DNA from: Lophium mytilinum
Taxonomy: Eukaryota
DNA: 64,000 nt
Direction: 5' to 3'
Assembly (NCBI GenBank): GCA_010093605.1
Contig: MU004189.1
Span: 1,309,834 to 1,373,833 of the forward strand
Part shown: piece after piece, positions 45,889 to 59,858 of the stretch
Layout of the letters: every line of letters starts with the position of its first letter
Numbering within the stretch: the first letter of the stretch is position 1
Notes under the pieces: model-generated
What the model was told of the DNA's origin: nothing
Seen by the model: only the letters and a program-made list of their open reading frames with translations
Database searches by the model: none
Position numbers and translations under genes: made by a program

Positions 45889-48145
45889 ATGTCGGGATTC
45901 CAGGCCGTCAACACCACCCTCCTCGTGCCGGAGCACCCGCCAGCCCGCCTGGGCGAGGAGACGACGCCAACAACCCCCCGCCCGAACAAGTTCTTCGCCG
46001 AGGATGCGCGCGGCGACGAGGCCAGCGCGAAGACGCCCACGCGGAACAGCTTCGGTCTGTCAGCCCAGCGGCCCTTACCGTCGTCGCCCTTTACACCCGC
46101 GCGCGAGGTCAGCAAGACGCCGAGCCGCAACGGGGGCCAGCTGAGCCGGGAGAACTCGCACCGGTCGACGCACTCGGTGGACTCGCAGGACGTGGAGATG
46201 GGGGACGAAGACGATGGCCACGACGGGTCGGACGGCGAGAGCGTGAGCAGCGACACGACGCGGCCGTCGAAGAAGAAGAAGGGCCAGCGCTTCTTTTGTA
46301 CTGACTTCCCGCCCTGTCAGCTGAGCTTCACGAGGAGCGAGCATCTGGCGCGACATATACGGTGCGTAGTGCAATATATATGTGCTGAGCCTTGCTGACG
46401 ATAGCAGGAAACACACTGGCGAGCGGCCGTTTCAATGCCACTGCTCCCGCCGCTTCTCCCGCCTTGACAACCTGCGCCAGCATGCGCAGACGGTGCATGT
46501 GAACGAGGACATACCGGGAGATTCTCTCGCGGCAACGGGGACGAGGTTTCAAAGACAGATCCGCACGGATAGGGTCAGGCCGCCGGGAAGCAGGTCCCGG
46601 GCGAATACACTGGGTAGTCAGGGTGGGCATAGTCGCGGACACAGCCGGAATCTCTCTTCCTCCAGCATTACCTCGACGACCTCGACGATCAGCACCGTCA
46701 GCACGCCCCAGGACTCGCGACGACGTCCGCCCCCTCTGGCAATGGCCAACGACGGCGCGGCGAGGGCCAGGCTGTCGCTGGAGACGTACAATCCCCCGCT
46801 GATGGGCAGTCCGGGGCCGCAGTACACGAATTACGGCAACCAGTCCCCGGGAGTCACCACGCCCACCTCTGCCACCTTCTCCGCATCCGGCAGCCCTAAC
46901 AGATTCCCCTCTGGCCTGCAGTCGCCGATCTCGACCGTCCCGCGCTCCCTGACATGGGGCAGCAGAACGCCAGGACGGCGGTTGTCCGTGCCATCGGGAG
47001 CAAATCCCTTCCAAGGGCCTCAGGGGTCGATTCCCGCGCCTCTGCCTTATCTAACCCCTATGCCATCCTCCACATCCTCCACGTTCTCCGCCAATAACAG
47101 CCTCTTTGCCAGTCCCACCAGCTCTGTCTTCTCTGAATCACGCCGCGAGTCCAACGCATCGGAGTCGGACTGGAGACGGCGGACCTGGCATCCCGGAACC
47201 TACTCCAGCCTGGGCCCCCGTCCCGCGACCAGTGGATTGAGCTACTATCAAACCCCTGACGCCCCCCACCCCTCGTTCTCTTCTCAGCCTGCCGCGAGCC
47301 AGACCACCCGCCTGCCTGGGATCGAGAGCTTTGATCACGCCCCTCCCCCGCTCTCACTCGCTCGACGACCAAGCCCGATGCAGATAGACCCCCCTAGCCG
47401 ATCTGCGTTCCCGTCAATGCAGGACCAGGCCCGGGCCGGCGATCGAACAAGCATCTCCTGGGACAGCTCGCTCCAGAAGGGGCTGAATCGACTCGACATC
47501 ACCAGCCCTACGCCGCCACGAGAGACGCAGGGATGGTCGCATTACCAGGGCCCGCAATCGCAGGCAACATCAGTCCGACCGACAACCGCGCCTCACACCG
47601 GATACTACAGCTACCAGGCTTCCGCTCCAATTCCTCAACAAGCCCAGGCCCCACCACGTGAAGACCGTCTGTCCCAAGAACAGCCAGTCACGCCCCGCAA
47701 GAACAAGCGACACGGCTGGTACAATGGCCCTCTTCCCCAGTCCCAGCCAGCACCCTCTCAAGCTGGCCGCACTATCCAACGCACCTCTCCCGAAGACTCC
47801 AGTAGCAGCGAGGGCGTCCCCACCCCGTCCACCTCCTCGCTCGCTGAATACCACCCCGCCATCGTCCACAGCAACGGCTACATTGAGGCCCATCCTCCTG
47901 GCGTCCCCGTGGACGAACACAAGCCGACGGTTCCGCAGCCAGTGGTAGACCGCGGCACGGTGTCGTTGCAGACGTACCCGACCGCAGGACCGCCTCCCCA
48001 GCGCGCATACCAGGTGGAGCACGACAGAATGGGATTCGGGCAGCGACCACACGATTCCCACCCCGGGGCGAACGACATGCGGAGGCTGGACGTGCTGGTC
48101 GCAGTTGCTACGGGGGAGCAGGCGGGCGTCCCTTCGCGGCCTTGA
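45889..48145 (+). CDS. USV1: C2H2 zinc-finger transcription factor, Usv1/Nsf1-like
   Basis: [61 protein letters not shown] across intron 46362..46407. Long S/P-rich C-terminus ending [10 protein letters not shown]. Confidence 0.88.
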
Positions 48146-49952
48146 GGCGAGGTTGGGGTAGTATCCTCACAATCCCGCTTCAAACCGAAGCCTAGGGCCT
48201 TGAGCTCCACAGAATCGCACTCGCGTCGACGAGGCGGTTGCTACCGGGTCGTGGTCTAATCTACCGCTCTGAAACATTCCAAACTATCTACACGCCATAT
48301 CTTACACTTCTTACACCTCAACACGAACGTCACGACGTCATGAAATCATTACTGGGCACGAACACACGAATCTGCTATGAGACCGATCCATCTATCACAT
48401 CACACAATTACTCCATCCGATACCATGTTTTTCTTTGTTGAGACTGAGAATCATCGGTGCGAATATGATACCCATGAGAGAACGGGCAGGGCGGGACGGG
48501 GCGGGGCAGCACAGGAATTTTTATGCTTTTACAGCTATTGTCACGCGTTTGGGAGGGTATTGAATGAGTACAGACTTTCTTTATACGCATGCATCGTGTT
48601 GCTTGTTTGGCTTTTTTCTTTTGTCAGTCGTTTTACTTGCTGGGTTGGGTTGGTTGGGTTAGCGTTCTGCGGGTTTGCGATGCGTCTGTGATTTTGTTAT
48701 GCGGTATGGGTTATGAATGAGATGTGAGATGGTACGGCGGATTAGGAGGGTTCTTACCGCATTTCTGGCGGGGCGGTGGTTAGGTTTCTTGCGTGTCGTT
48801 TTATTGATTCAGCTGCCTCTCTACTCCACTCTTCTCTGCTCTTCTTGGTGTGGTGAGGTGAGGTGAGCGTCGTCGATATCTCCTCGCTTTCTTCTCTGTG
48901 GGATCGCAACTCGGGACCCCGATCACACCTCCGAGCTAGGAGACGTCCCCACGCGCCGCCTCTGATGCACGAGCGCCATGCCGATGCCGTGAGTCGGCCC
49001 GGGGATGTCCTACTCGACAGTCTCATCATCTCCACTCCCGACATCGCGACCAGACCTCCTGACACCTCTAATCCGACTTCTCTTATCTCATGACCCGTAG
49101 ACTAGCCAATCTCTTCCAGCGCGTCTCTCATCTTCTGCACGGCGGTTTAATCAATTGGGGCTTGTGTATGTAGCTTTCAATCCAGATAATCTACTACCTT
49201 CTCTTGAACGCTGCTGTGAATGTGTTCTGCTGGAGGTTTTTACAGTTTCCTCCAGAGACGGGGGGAGGGGAGGGGGAGAGGGGGGTGTATGACCGTATCC
49301 CGCACCCTTCGTGCTCAGTTCTGCGTGTCACTTCACCGCCTCCGTCTGCTTCACATGCTTAATTCAACCCCTCTCCCGTGCTCGGTTCCCCGTTCGCCGT
49401 TCTTTAGTAGTCTAGTGGTCGCGTGCTCTCGAGTACTCCCTCATCCCCCTCCCTACCCTACCCTCCCTCTTCTGAGTCTTCTCGTAAAGCGGCGGTGTGT
49501 GTCGTTCCCCGTCACGCTCCCCATCACGCTCCCTATCACGCTCCCCATCACGCCCCCTCTCTTCCGCTTCTCCTCCGTCAGTATCGGGACAACTCGCGAG
49601 GCATGTGAGACTGACGTGTCCCCCCGCTGCCGACGTCGGAGGGGTTGCGGTATATTAGAAGGGGCTCGCTCGCGGTTTGGGAGGTAGAGCAGAGGAAGGG
49701 AAGGAAGGGGGAGAGGGAGGGGAGGTCGGGATCAAAACTGATCAAGTCAATGGACGAGTGGATATGGGAAGAGGGGGTTGGAGGAGGGGAATGAAATCTA
49801 GTCGATAACATGGACATGGGGGAAATCAAAATACTCTGAGGGAACAGTTTAATGGGAGGGGAGGAGTTGAAGTTCAGCTGGGAACATGTCGAATGGAGTG
49901 GAGAGGGGAGGGGTGGTGTTGAAACAAGATAACCCATTGTTCCGCATGATGA

Positions 49953-49973
49953 GGGGGGGGGGGGGGGGGGGGG
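49953..49973 (+). repeat. G21 homopolymer in a G-tract-rich region
   Basis: 21 consecutive G, within purine/G-rich sequence 49680..50070. Confidence 0.9.
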
Positions 49974-50089
49974 AATATCTCCCCTAGAGCGGGTGGGACA
50001 TGGAGGGGGAGAAGAAAAGGGGAGTTCGACAAAAGTTCCACAATGTTCTCATGGGGTGGGGAGTCGACAGCGGGACAGGAAAAACGCAT

Positions 50090-50830
50090 GGAATGGTGTG
50101 GGTAGTTGTGGACGAACTCAGAACTAGCACGCTAGAGATGGTATGGGTCGTGTGTGGTGGACTCGAGCTATCAACAGTGGCTTAAAAATGCAGCAATGGA
50201 GAGGAAAGGGTGCTGTGTGTGGTCTTGGATAAACTCAAAACTGGCACGCTGGTATGGGTCATGTCTGGTGGGCTCGAGATATCAAAAGGCGGTATATTTT
50301 CCTAGCATGGAGAGCTGCTGTGTCTGCTGAAGAACAAGTTCTTCACTCCCGTGCTTCATGTGGTTGTCTTGTGTGGTGGCCTCGAACTTTCGAAATCGCA
50401 AAACTCTTTCGGATCATGGAGAGAGTGTTGTGTGTGGTGGAGAACAAAACATACCGCACATATCTACAATGGAGGTGTCCTGCGTAGTGGTTTCGAGCGA
50501 TCAAAAGCAGTCGAGACCTTCCCTCATGGAGGGGTACTGTGTGTGGGGGATAACAACCGCATCTTATTAAGTTTTTATGGAGGTGTCCTGCGTGGTGGTC
50601 TAGAGCGTTCAAAAGAGTGAAACGCGTTTCCTTCATGGAGAGGGCGCTGTGTGTGGTGGAGAGCAATGGATGGGCCATCCGCCATGGTGGAGTATTGGTG
50701 TGTGGTGGGCTGGTATCAACTTCCCTCTCGATGCCAGACATGGTGGGAGGTTCCTGGAGGCTTCGAGCGCGGGTCAATCAATATGCGAAGAAGATTGCAT
50801 GTGGGGTGTGGTGTGGACAACTCTCCTGCT
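50090..50830 (+). repeat. Degenerate GT-rich tandem array, ~110-bp unit x~6
   Basis: atggag(a/g)g...tgtgtgtgg recurs at ~50196, 50307, 50417, 50526 and 50635. It alternates with gtgtcctgcgtggtggtc(t/c)cgagc..tcaaaa. Confidence 0.8.
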
Positions 50831-50849
50831 AAATGTCACACAATTTCAG

Positions 50850-53800
50850 GCCATGGGGGAGTCTTTGGATCTGCATCAAACCTAGCAGGCCGCACAAGAA
50901 TGGACCGTTCAGCAAAAGCAGAGGAACTGGGAAATGGGTGTGGGAAAGTCCGCGTATTGGGTGACTCAAAATACTGGATATCTTATTATGGCAGTACCAG
51001 AAGTTCCCAATTTCTGAAAAACGTGTTAGCATACCCTGCGATGATTCGCCAAAGTTCGCACTTCCACGCCAGTCTTAAATAGGGCTTCCAAAGATCCATC
51101 TCTCCCTGGGTTGATTCAAAGCACGATAACAGAAGGTCAACATGAGCCGTGGTTCGAACTTTTGGGGGCCACCTTCTCATGTTCAGCCCTTCCTTCCAGG
51201 ATCCAAAAACCTCGTAGGCACAACGGTATGTTCGCCGTCGGAACTTCAAAAGTTAGCTCGTTCTTAAAGGATGGACCCTGGACTTCAACAATCAAGGCCG
51301 AAGGTGAGAATGGCATCGGCGGACTGTTCCTCTTCGATCAGACTGGGGCATCCGAAAAGTTCATGGTGCTTCTAGACAGACTCAATCACGGGACCTATGT
51401 GAGAGTTGGCTGTGGACGCAGTCTCCAAACGATGAGTATCTAAAATATCATGGCATTGGAAGATCGGATCTGCTGCCAAAATTGCATAGTCTCTTGAAGT
51501 ATGACACTTTCAAATTTGAGCGCAATAACAAACCAATGTGAGAGTTGGTCGTGGACCTGGACTTCAAACCTCCAGGCTAAGGAAAGTCACGGTAGCGAAC
51601 CATCGGGTCTGCTATCAAAACCAAGTATACCCATTCATCATGGTACTTCCAAAGTATCCTTCAGTAGTGCTGATGTGAGAGTCGGTTGTGGACTCGGACT
51701 TCATATTCAGTTTTTCGAGGACCTCATGGCAACAGACCATCGGGTCGAGCGTTGGTGTAGGAACCATCATACCTACTCTCAACAGCGTGGAGCACGTCGG
51801 GACGGATCGCGTTTATGGTCGGAAACCTGGCCCTCACGCTCTCTCGACTAAATATGACTATGGCGTTCGGGCTGAACATGGCGAGCGAAGAGCGTCAGCA
51901 AGCGACGTATCTTCTCTGCTATCAAACCTGCATAGTCTAATGGGGTATGGTGGTTTTAAAACGGCCCAGCAACACGTGGATGTGAGAGTTGGTTGCGGAC
52001 TTGGACTGCAATTATGCATCGTTTGGAGTTCATGGCATCGGTGGGCCGGCCGCTTTGTCAAAACTGGGTACACTACAAGGGCATGGTGCTTTTAACACAC
52101 TTCACGATAGTACCGATGTGGGAGTTGGTTGTGACTCGTACTGCTATGCATTATCGGCAGCTAATGGCATCGGCGGAACGGGACCGGGCGTTCTCCCAAA
52201 ATCTCGATCGCGTAAACCGTCCATAGCCTGTTCATCATCACTTTGAAGAAATGAACTCAATGTCGGAGAAGTTTGTGAACTCTGACTTCAGAGCTCTGGA
52301 GCTTAGGGAATATATGTGGCGGGGATTGGGATTGCTATGAAAGATGCGTTTTAAGTGCTCTGCTGCTATGATGGCTCGTCCAACATCAGACTTATACGAA
52401 ATTCTCCATGTGAGAGTATTTTGTGGACTCGGACTTTAAAAATATTCTCTAGAGAACTCATGGCAGCGGCTACTTGGACCGGCTATCAAAACTGCTCGCT
52501 ACACTGGGTTTATGGTTCTTCCAACTACAGAAAATGATGGAATCGTCGATGTGAGAGTATTTGTAGTTGTCGGACTACAAACCCTCATCCTAGAAGCTCA
52601 TGGCAGTGGGATAAATTAGTCATTCGACGATCATGACACATCTCACTTCTCGTCCATGTATGCGACCAAGAAAGATAAGTCATTCACGTTCGGTATGGAA
52701 TTGAGCAGTGATTGTGGGAGCGCTTAGTTACACTCGAGGTTGATGAAGATCGAGAAGATCAAAAGTACAGTTACTAAGCATCAATGAGCAGGACGCCCTA
52801 AGCTCATTCACTTTAGGACTGGCAATAAGTGCGGCAGTATCGTGTAATGACTGCGGCTGGGAGATTGGGTACAGGATGGGAGTATTTCCAGGGGCAATAG
52901 AGCGTTAGGCTATGACGTTGAAAGAGGTCGGGCCTCCTTCAAAAGGATCTTGGGCACTGGATCATGGCTCTTTCAATATCCCATCAACAGATCATCGATG
53001 TGAGAGTATTTTGCGGACTCGAACTGCAACTATAGCGCTCGGCTCGTTGATGGCTTCAGAAAACCATTCGGCTTCTTCCAGTGAAGAATAGGCTGAGGGA
53101 ATGGCGCTGCCAAAGAGCATTCCCAGGGCTTGAAAGGGGAGCTAGTTGAGGACTGAACTTTGAACTGCAGCCAAAATCTGCGGCCAAAAGGTTGATGGTC
53201 TCGGGGGATCGGGCCTGCTATCAAAACTACGCACTTGAGTATGGTCGTAGTAACCTTGGACTGGGCTCCGGTAGATAGGTGAGTGCGTTGGCATCATCAA
53301 AGTGCGTCGGCATCGCACATGGCATCGGGGTGTGTTTCCATTTCGCTCAATATCAAGCTAGGGTCGAAGCCATGGCGCTTCCAAAAGACCCGTTTGCGGG
53401 TCTAGTATGGAACTCTTTTGTGAACATAAGGCTTTAAAAACTGGAACCAATCGGAACTTATGGCACTTGGGAGTTGTTCCACTCCTTAAACATTCTCTTC
53501 TCCGACAGCATTGAAAACGCATTCTCAAACAAGCATGCCATGATTACCGAACTTGACATCTAACAAGTCGGAAATTCATGGCACTGAAGTATCACTCTAC
53601 GCTCTCAAACCTCGTACATATCGGCGAACATGTGCTACGGATTACTCCACCGGTAATTTTCCATATGTGGGAGTGCTTCGGCACCATGAGACTGAAAGGC
53701 CAAATAATATCGACCCATGGCATCGGAGAGATGTTCCCCTCGTTTGATTTCCAGTTTGGTTTTGATGCTCTGTCTTCCCGAAGAGCATTCGGAAAGCCTT

Positions 53801-56700
53801 ATATGACAGACTTTATGTAAACTTCTGACTCCAATCGCCAATCCAAATATGTCATGGCATTGGGCAATCTTACCGCTTCTCAAATCTACGACCCACGCTG
53901 AGAGCCGTGGCCTATACAGCCTCGAAAAAACCGTTTAGAACGAGGCTGTCATGATCGACAGACTCTGCAACCAATGAGTGCGAAATTCATGGCACTGGCG
54001 GATCATTCTGGGTCTATTGAATCTCAGAATGTGGGCGTGATTCTATGTTTCCTCGACACCAAGTCTATTTCAGAATGATGCGCAAGAGCTTTGCGATTCT
54101 CGAAATCCCAACAAAATCAATTCCTGGAGGCGGTCATGGCATTGGGGAACAGTTTCGCCTCTCAAAACTTCACGCTAAGCCATGAATCATGACTCGTACC
54201 TGAGACTCCTAGAAAGAGGCATTGGTGCAAGTAGGTCATGATCTGTGGATTCTAAATTGAGCGAGTTTAGTGCTCATGGCATCGGTACATCAGTTTGCTA
54301 CTATTGAACGAGGATTCGCCTGTATTGATGTGATTACTCGAATAAAAAGAGCAAGACCGTGCATGAAAAAGTGTTTCATGATCCTTGGGCTTTCTACGCA
54401 CCAAGATATCATTCCTATGGAGCTGGGCTCTGTTCTTCTCCTGAAGATTTGGGCCAAGCAAAAAAGAGTTTGGTGTTGCTCGCATGGAGAGAGGCGTCCC
54501 GTGTCAATTTGGAATGATCCTCAATATGTAAGAAGTAATCGAAGAAAAGTATCATGGCATCGTTGGATCGTTCCAGCTACTATCGAACGATCATCCGGGC
54601 TCGAAAAATGTAAAACCTCGAACAAAAAGCCATCCTTGAGGTGCGCATATGAGAGTACTTTGTAAACCTTGGACATCATTCAAAGCCGACAATCTAGACC
54701 GTATCATGTCGTTGGGGGATGTTTTGTCATCGAGGGTTTGGGTCAGACCAATAACAAATGGGGGCGCGTAAATCCATGGAAAGCCACGTCCCTCTGCGAA
54801 TATGATATAATACTCGGGTCCAGAAAACTCAAACTCTCGCACTCCATGGAATTGGTAGAGATTGCTGCTGTTACTAAAAGCTGATCGACTCGTATCGATG
54901 TGGTTTCTCAAACAAAAGGCCCATCAAAAGGGTGCATGTGAGAGCGCTTCGTGGCTCTTGGGGCTCAACACCTGAATTTGAGAGATGGATGTATGCTTAC
55001 ACAGAGAGATCGCTCTCTCCGTCCACTGCGGATGTGTTCGGGCCGGTGTCGTGTATTCGAGATTTCAAAACCAATCGCCGTGGCAGATAATGGGAGGGTG
55101 CTTCGTGGTTCAAACCTCTACACGACTCCCACTAATGGCACAGTGACAGCGAGCGACCGTCTTTTCTATTAACGCGAAAGAATTGCTTGGCAAGATGTTC
55201 AAGCCTCAGCGATTGGGGATACTGTAAGCACTGGGTGGGGAACCGCTATGTGCTGTTGTTCGAAGACCTACAGGCGGTTATTCAATGATCTGGTCTCTAA
55301 CAAAACATTTCTGCCGTCTATGCATGGCCATTGCTTGAGCCTGGAACTGCGGCGATGTTCTCCGCCTTAAACCTTTCCCCAAAAGATAGCGATGATCTAT
55401 TTTATGGCATTAGGAGTGGTGTTTATCCACGTACTGCGTAGTGTACCCACTCCGGCTCTGGTCAGGAATGAGAAATGACATGGTTGTCACTGCATGGCCC
55501 AGCTTTTCAATCAACAAAAATTTCCTATCTCGCATTATGGGACTTCGGGAAAGACACTACAGAGACGCGTAGGACACCTCAATTGTCCGGTTTATTGATT
55601 GCCTATGAGCTTCTGTTATCAGACTGCTATTCGAGGCCATGTATGTGCGAGAAGGTGGTAATACTAAGGGCCTCGGATGGAAGTTCGAAACACTACTTTC
55701 TGTCGTCCGATGCGGAGACCGTGGAAGACCCTTTTCTGATTGTGTTAGAGGTCTGGTATGAAACCGCGACGCCATGTCATACTATGTGTCCTTGCTTGGA
55801 TTTGCATCTTATTCTTAACAAGTGTATATAATATTGCTTCCAATAGGTAGTCAGGACACTTCGATGGGTATTCATGCGCATCGAAACCCTCATACGCTTT
55901 GGAGAAATGATCCTGAACTTCACAGTAGTTCTGGAGTTCCAAAGGGCAGGTCTTTTGTTCGAAAATGGTTTGAGGAGAATGCATGTGGCTGCTCTGAGTT
56001 GGCACTCGGTCAGATGCGTGATGAAAAGAACATCGTACTGCTCTGGGGTGCATGTCCCCGTGTGCGAAAGTACTGTACCGCTATAAAATGTCCAGTCTTC
56101 AATATAATCTCTCCCTCCTCCTCATGATCATAAAATGACGTTCTAGTAAGCGATGACAAGAACAACGGAAAGATATCTGTTAGAAACTAAAAGACCTGTA
56201 TCCTTCGGACATACTCACTGAAGTCTCAAAGGGTATTCGGACGCTATTCGTGATCTTGGGCACTAAAAGAAAGACTGCAAGGAGCCATGGCACTGGCAAA
56301 TCTTCCCTGCACTAAAAGCTTAGTGATAGCACTTTTGGTGCTTTCAAAACTCTGAAAGGCAGCATCGCATGCTGTAAACAGCGGTCATGCTACTGGGCCA
56401 TGTCTTTTGTTTGAAAATCTCCGAAGTTGACTCAGACCGTCTGATTTTGATATATCCCTTCTTGACATGACTGTGGATGGATTTTTAAACGACTGGGAAT
56501 AATATCCGATGCTGCTTGGACTTCAAAGGATTTATTCATCGAAGCAATGGCACTCGCAGATCTTCCCTGCACTGAAGAATATATGGAAAAAATGATCGTG
56601 GTGTTTCCAAATCTGCCATGCCAAATGGTCATGCTGCGAACAGCTGCGATGCTCCGAGATCATGCTCCGTATTCAAGAAGTTGAATAATATCTATATTCT
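50850..56700 (+). repeat. Long degenerate tandem array, ~140-bp unit with conserved boxes and variable spacers
   Basis: Box atgtgagagt(tgg/att)ttgtggactcggacttcaaa at ~51397, 51536, 51673, 51980, 52116, 52260, 52408, 52549 and 52998. Box tcatggca(t/c) recurs every ~135-150 bp through ~54850, and again at ~55403, 56287 and 56547. Confidence 0.8.
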
Positions 56701-59604
56701 GATCCGTCGTCAATAGCAACTCCAATCCCTTCATGGTCGTGTCTGAAACTGTGAAGAAACTCTTCTGGGCGGATGCCTCATGATCCGAGGACTGCAGGCT
56801 GCACCGAAAGCATGCATTCTTGGATCTGTTGGCCTCCGAGATACATGCTACAAACAGATATCCACGCCAGGGATTTGCCCCGGTCTACAAATTTGCACTG
56901 GGTGCAATGCATGGTTTGGTGTCGAATGAAAGGTACAAACGACGACATGGCCGGTGTGGGAGATTGAAAAATTCCAGTCGGCAGTTTTGTGAACCTTGAA
57001 CGTCATCCAGTACCCTATTTATATTCAATGAAATCGGCAGCTGTTATTGTCCATAAAGTGGCGCTTCATACTCCAATGGCTCCATCTACTCCCGACCGTC
57101 GAAGTCATGTGGCACACCTTCGGATTGCTTCGGAGGTACGAGAAGCAGTCCGAGCTGTCTTCCAAAATTTGTCAGCAGAACTGGCTCTGAATTGATACCC
57201 AAGAGGAGGATCGAAGGGTGCCCAGAAGTGGTCTGGCCACTTCAAGTATAGTAGGATATTGGTATGTTAGCCATGAGCACCGGGCTTTGGAACGCGTCCA
57301 TTCACAGATAAATTTGCATGCCTGGTCGTTGCATCTTTATAAGCTGTCGAATCAACGATTGCATGATCTTTCTGGCCTGCTGGGGAGAATGATGCCTTAT
57401 TGCATCTATTGGTCCACCGGAAAGGTGACATTCTTCGTATCGGGATACAGCGTTATTGAAGCACTAAGTCAATGACCTTTAAACCCACAAGTAAAGAGTG
57501 CCATGTGGCTTGCCGGAGTTTGAACCAAGATTAGAGAGTACTCGATGATCTGAAACCTCTCAGTCATCGGCTACAAATACGATCGAGATCAAACCGAAAT
57601 GTCGAAAAGAGGCCGCCCAGCAAAGTGATGTGCTTAAAGCTGAAACATGGTTATTTCAAAAGAGTCTTTAAAACCTGAGATCATGTGCCAACGGAAGCCG
57701 TTCCTAGTTCATCATTATTGCTGACGCTGGGACACCTTGTTAGGCCAATTTGTCATGATGATCGGACTCCATAACAATCGGCAAGAAGATCCCATGGGAC
57801 CATTACACAAGTGGAGCATGTTTGCCACTGGTATTTTGAACCTCACAACCGAACTTGCGAATGGCGATCGGAATCGAAATACCTGTACGGGCACGCCGTG
57901 ACACCGTATCATGCTGGTCAATCCCAAGGCTATGGAGTTGCATGTCCGCCGAAGAAGCTTAATGTCCTCGGACTCAGCGAATGAGATCTCGAGTCGAGGC
58001 GGCACCGTCGTCTGAACTTGGAATCTCAAATCAATATCGCGACTTGTGGCGCTGGCTCCTGAGTAGTTAGCTCATACCAAACCTCTTCGGGATGCATAGA
58101 AGCTGAAAAGATGAAATTCCACACCGTAACAGAAGTGGAATCCGTTCTTCCTACTAAGAGTAGTAACTGTTCTATGCCCCTTCCCGTCCTGTAAAAAGCA
58201 CGAATACCGCCAGCTCATCAAGTTCTGAGCACAGAGTCAACTTCATGTAAGAAGCGCCAGCAATTCGCTGGAGACTTTTATCAAGTGAACATCCAACTCC
58301 GAATGATCACAGTTGCTGGTCCTTGGATCGTTCAATGACAATGAATATCATCTTCTAGAGATATATTGACTCCGGGAATCGCCGAAAGCTCGAGTTTCGG
58401 TCAAACATCCTCACCAAAACATTCATGACCACTTCTGTGAGCCTAAGAGCTACAGAAAAGTCGACTTCGGCCAGATTTTATGTCCAGAGACTTTACTGGC
58501 TGCTCGAATATCCATCCTACTGTGTACCGACGTCTAAAGCGAGATAACCAGGTATAAATCTGGTCTCCCGTGAGCTTGAGCTACCACGTTCGCGATCCGT
58601 GTCTTTGGATCTCGGATTTAGGTCATCTCTGGTCATGCCTCATGGTTCTCGGGGTACAAGGTTACCCAGAAGCCAATGTCACTCATTTCGTATGGTGCCA
58701 CTGGCCTGAATGATGACCCTTAAGCATTATGGTGGAAGAATAAATCACTGCCTACAAAGTAAGTAGCCACGGGATTCGAAGACTTAAAAGGAACTGACTC
58801 GCACTATGTATTCTGGTGGCATTTGGACCTTTCTACTTTAACCTCTGAAGAGTAGAATAATTGCGGAAGCTGTATGTCACAGCTTTCGCGTCACCAGACG
58901 AAAGCAATTAAGAAGGCCTCGCGATTGGATGAGAGCGACAAGCTGTTCACTAGAACACCCTTGAGCGATGTCACTACATCGACTTCATGTACAGATTGAG
59001 CACTGACAGACTTGTATCAGTCTTGCGAGAGAAGCTACGAGTGGCTGTCTCAGAATACCTGAGTATGTATCGCGACGTCAGCGATGACGTATCTGGACAT
59101 CGGCGCAACCTATTATCTACTTCCCAGATGAGATCTTCATGCTCGTCTCTTCGGCGAGAGTTGGAATCTAGTGGAAATAATCCCTGCCTGCCTTCTACAT
59201 GTTCTCTAGCGGGATTGAGCTTGCTCTTAAGTGGAGTCTCCCATCAACGCCAACTAGGAGTAATCTGAGCTTATAGTCGGCCGAACTTGACGCTTTGCAG
59301 GTAGAAGGTTGGTTGAACAGCGGCCTGAATAGATTAATAGGCGTCATTGTGAGACAGGTCATGTTTCTTGAATTGTTTCCAGGATTTGATCCATTTCACC
59401 ACTTCTCAGTAAGTTAATGATTGAAGTGTTCCACAAGTTACAAGTCAGCCTGCGTATATATATTTACTTCCAATCTAGCTATGCTCTATTTGATATGGTA
59501 GCTAGTAATTGCATGAAGTGCACGTGATAAGTGCGCTAGCCCTCTCCCAGCTCCCTGCTAGCGCCCCGCTCGTCCCGTTCCCGTCGTTCTTGTTTCCACC
59601 ACCC

Positions 59605-59858
59605 CACGCGGGTGACACATTAAGCAATACACCAAACCTCCAAAACCGCTTAGATCAGCAAAAGTCTCCCAACAACACGACGCTCTACAGCCACCAAAAG
59701 CATGAATTAATTGATAAGAAAAGTACCATATATTTGAGCTGCTTCTGGAGACTGTAAATATCGATTTTTGGAAGTGGCTGTCTTGCAAAATCTTGGTGCA
59801 ATTTGTGGTTGAAGAGGGTAAGCTGTTTTGGTGTATCGCTTAATGTGTCACCCGCGTG
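59605..59858. mobile_element. 254-bp MITE with 32-bp CAC-terminal TIRs and 5-bp TSD
   Basis: Left cacgcgggtgacacattaagcaatacaccaaa. The reverse complement of the right end is cacgcgggtgacacattaagcgatacaccaaa (1 mismatch). caccc lies immediately outside both ends (59600..59604, 59859..59863). Confidence 0.8.

Noticed and set aside
50850..56700. CRISPR array interpretation of the box/spacer repeats
   Set aside because: The context is eukaryotic, there are no cas genes, and the boxes are far too degenerate and multi-part to be CRISPR direct repeats. Reported as an unexplained array instead.
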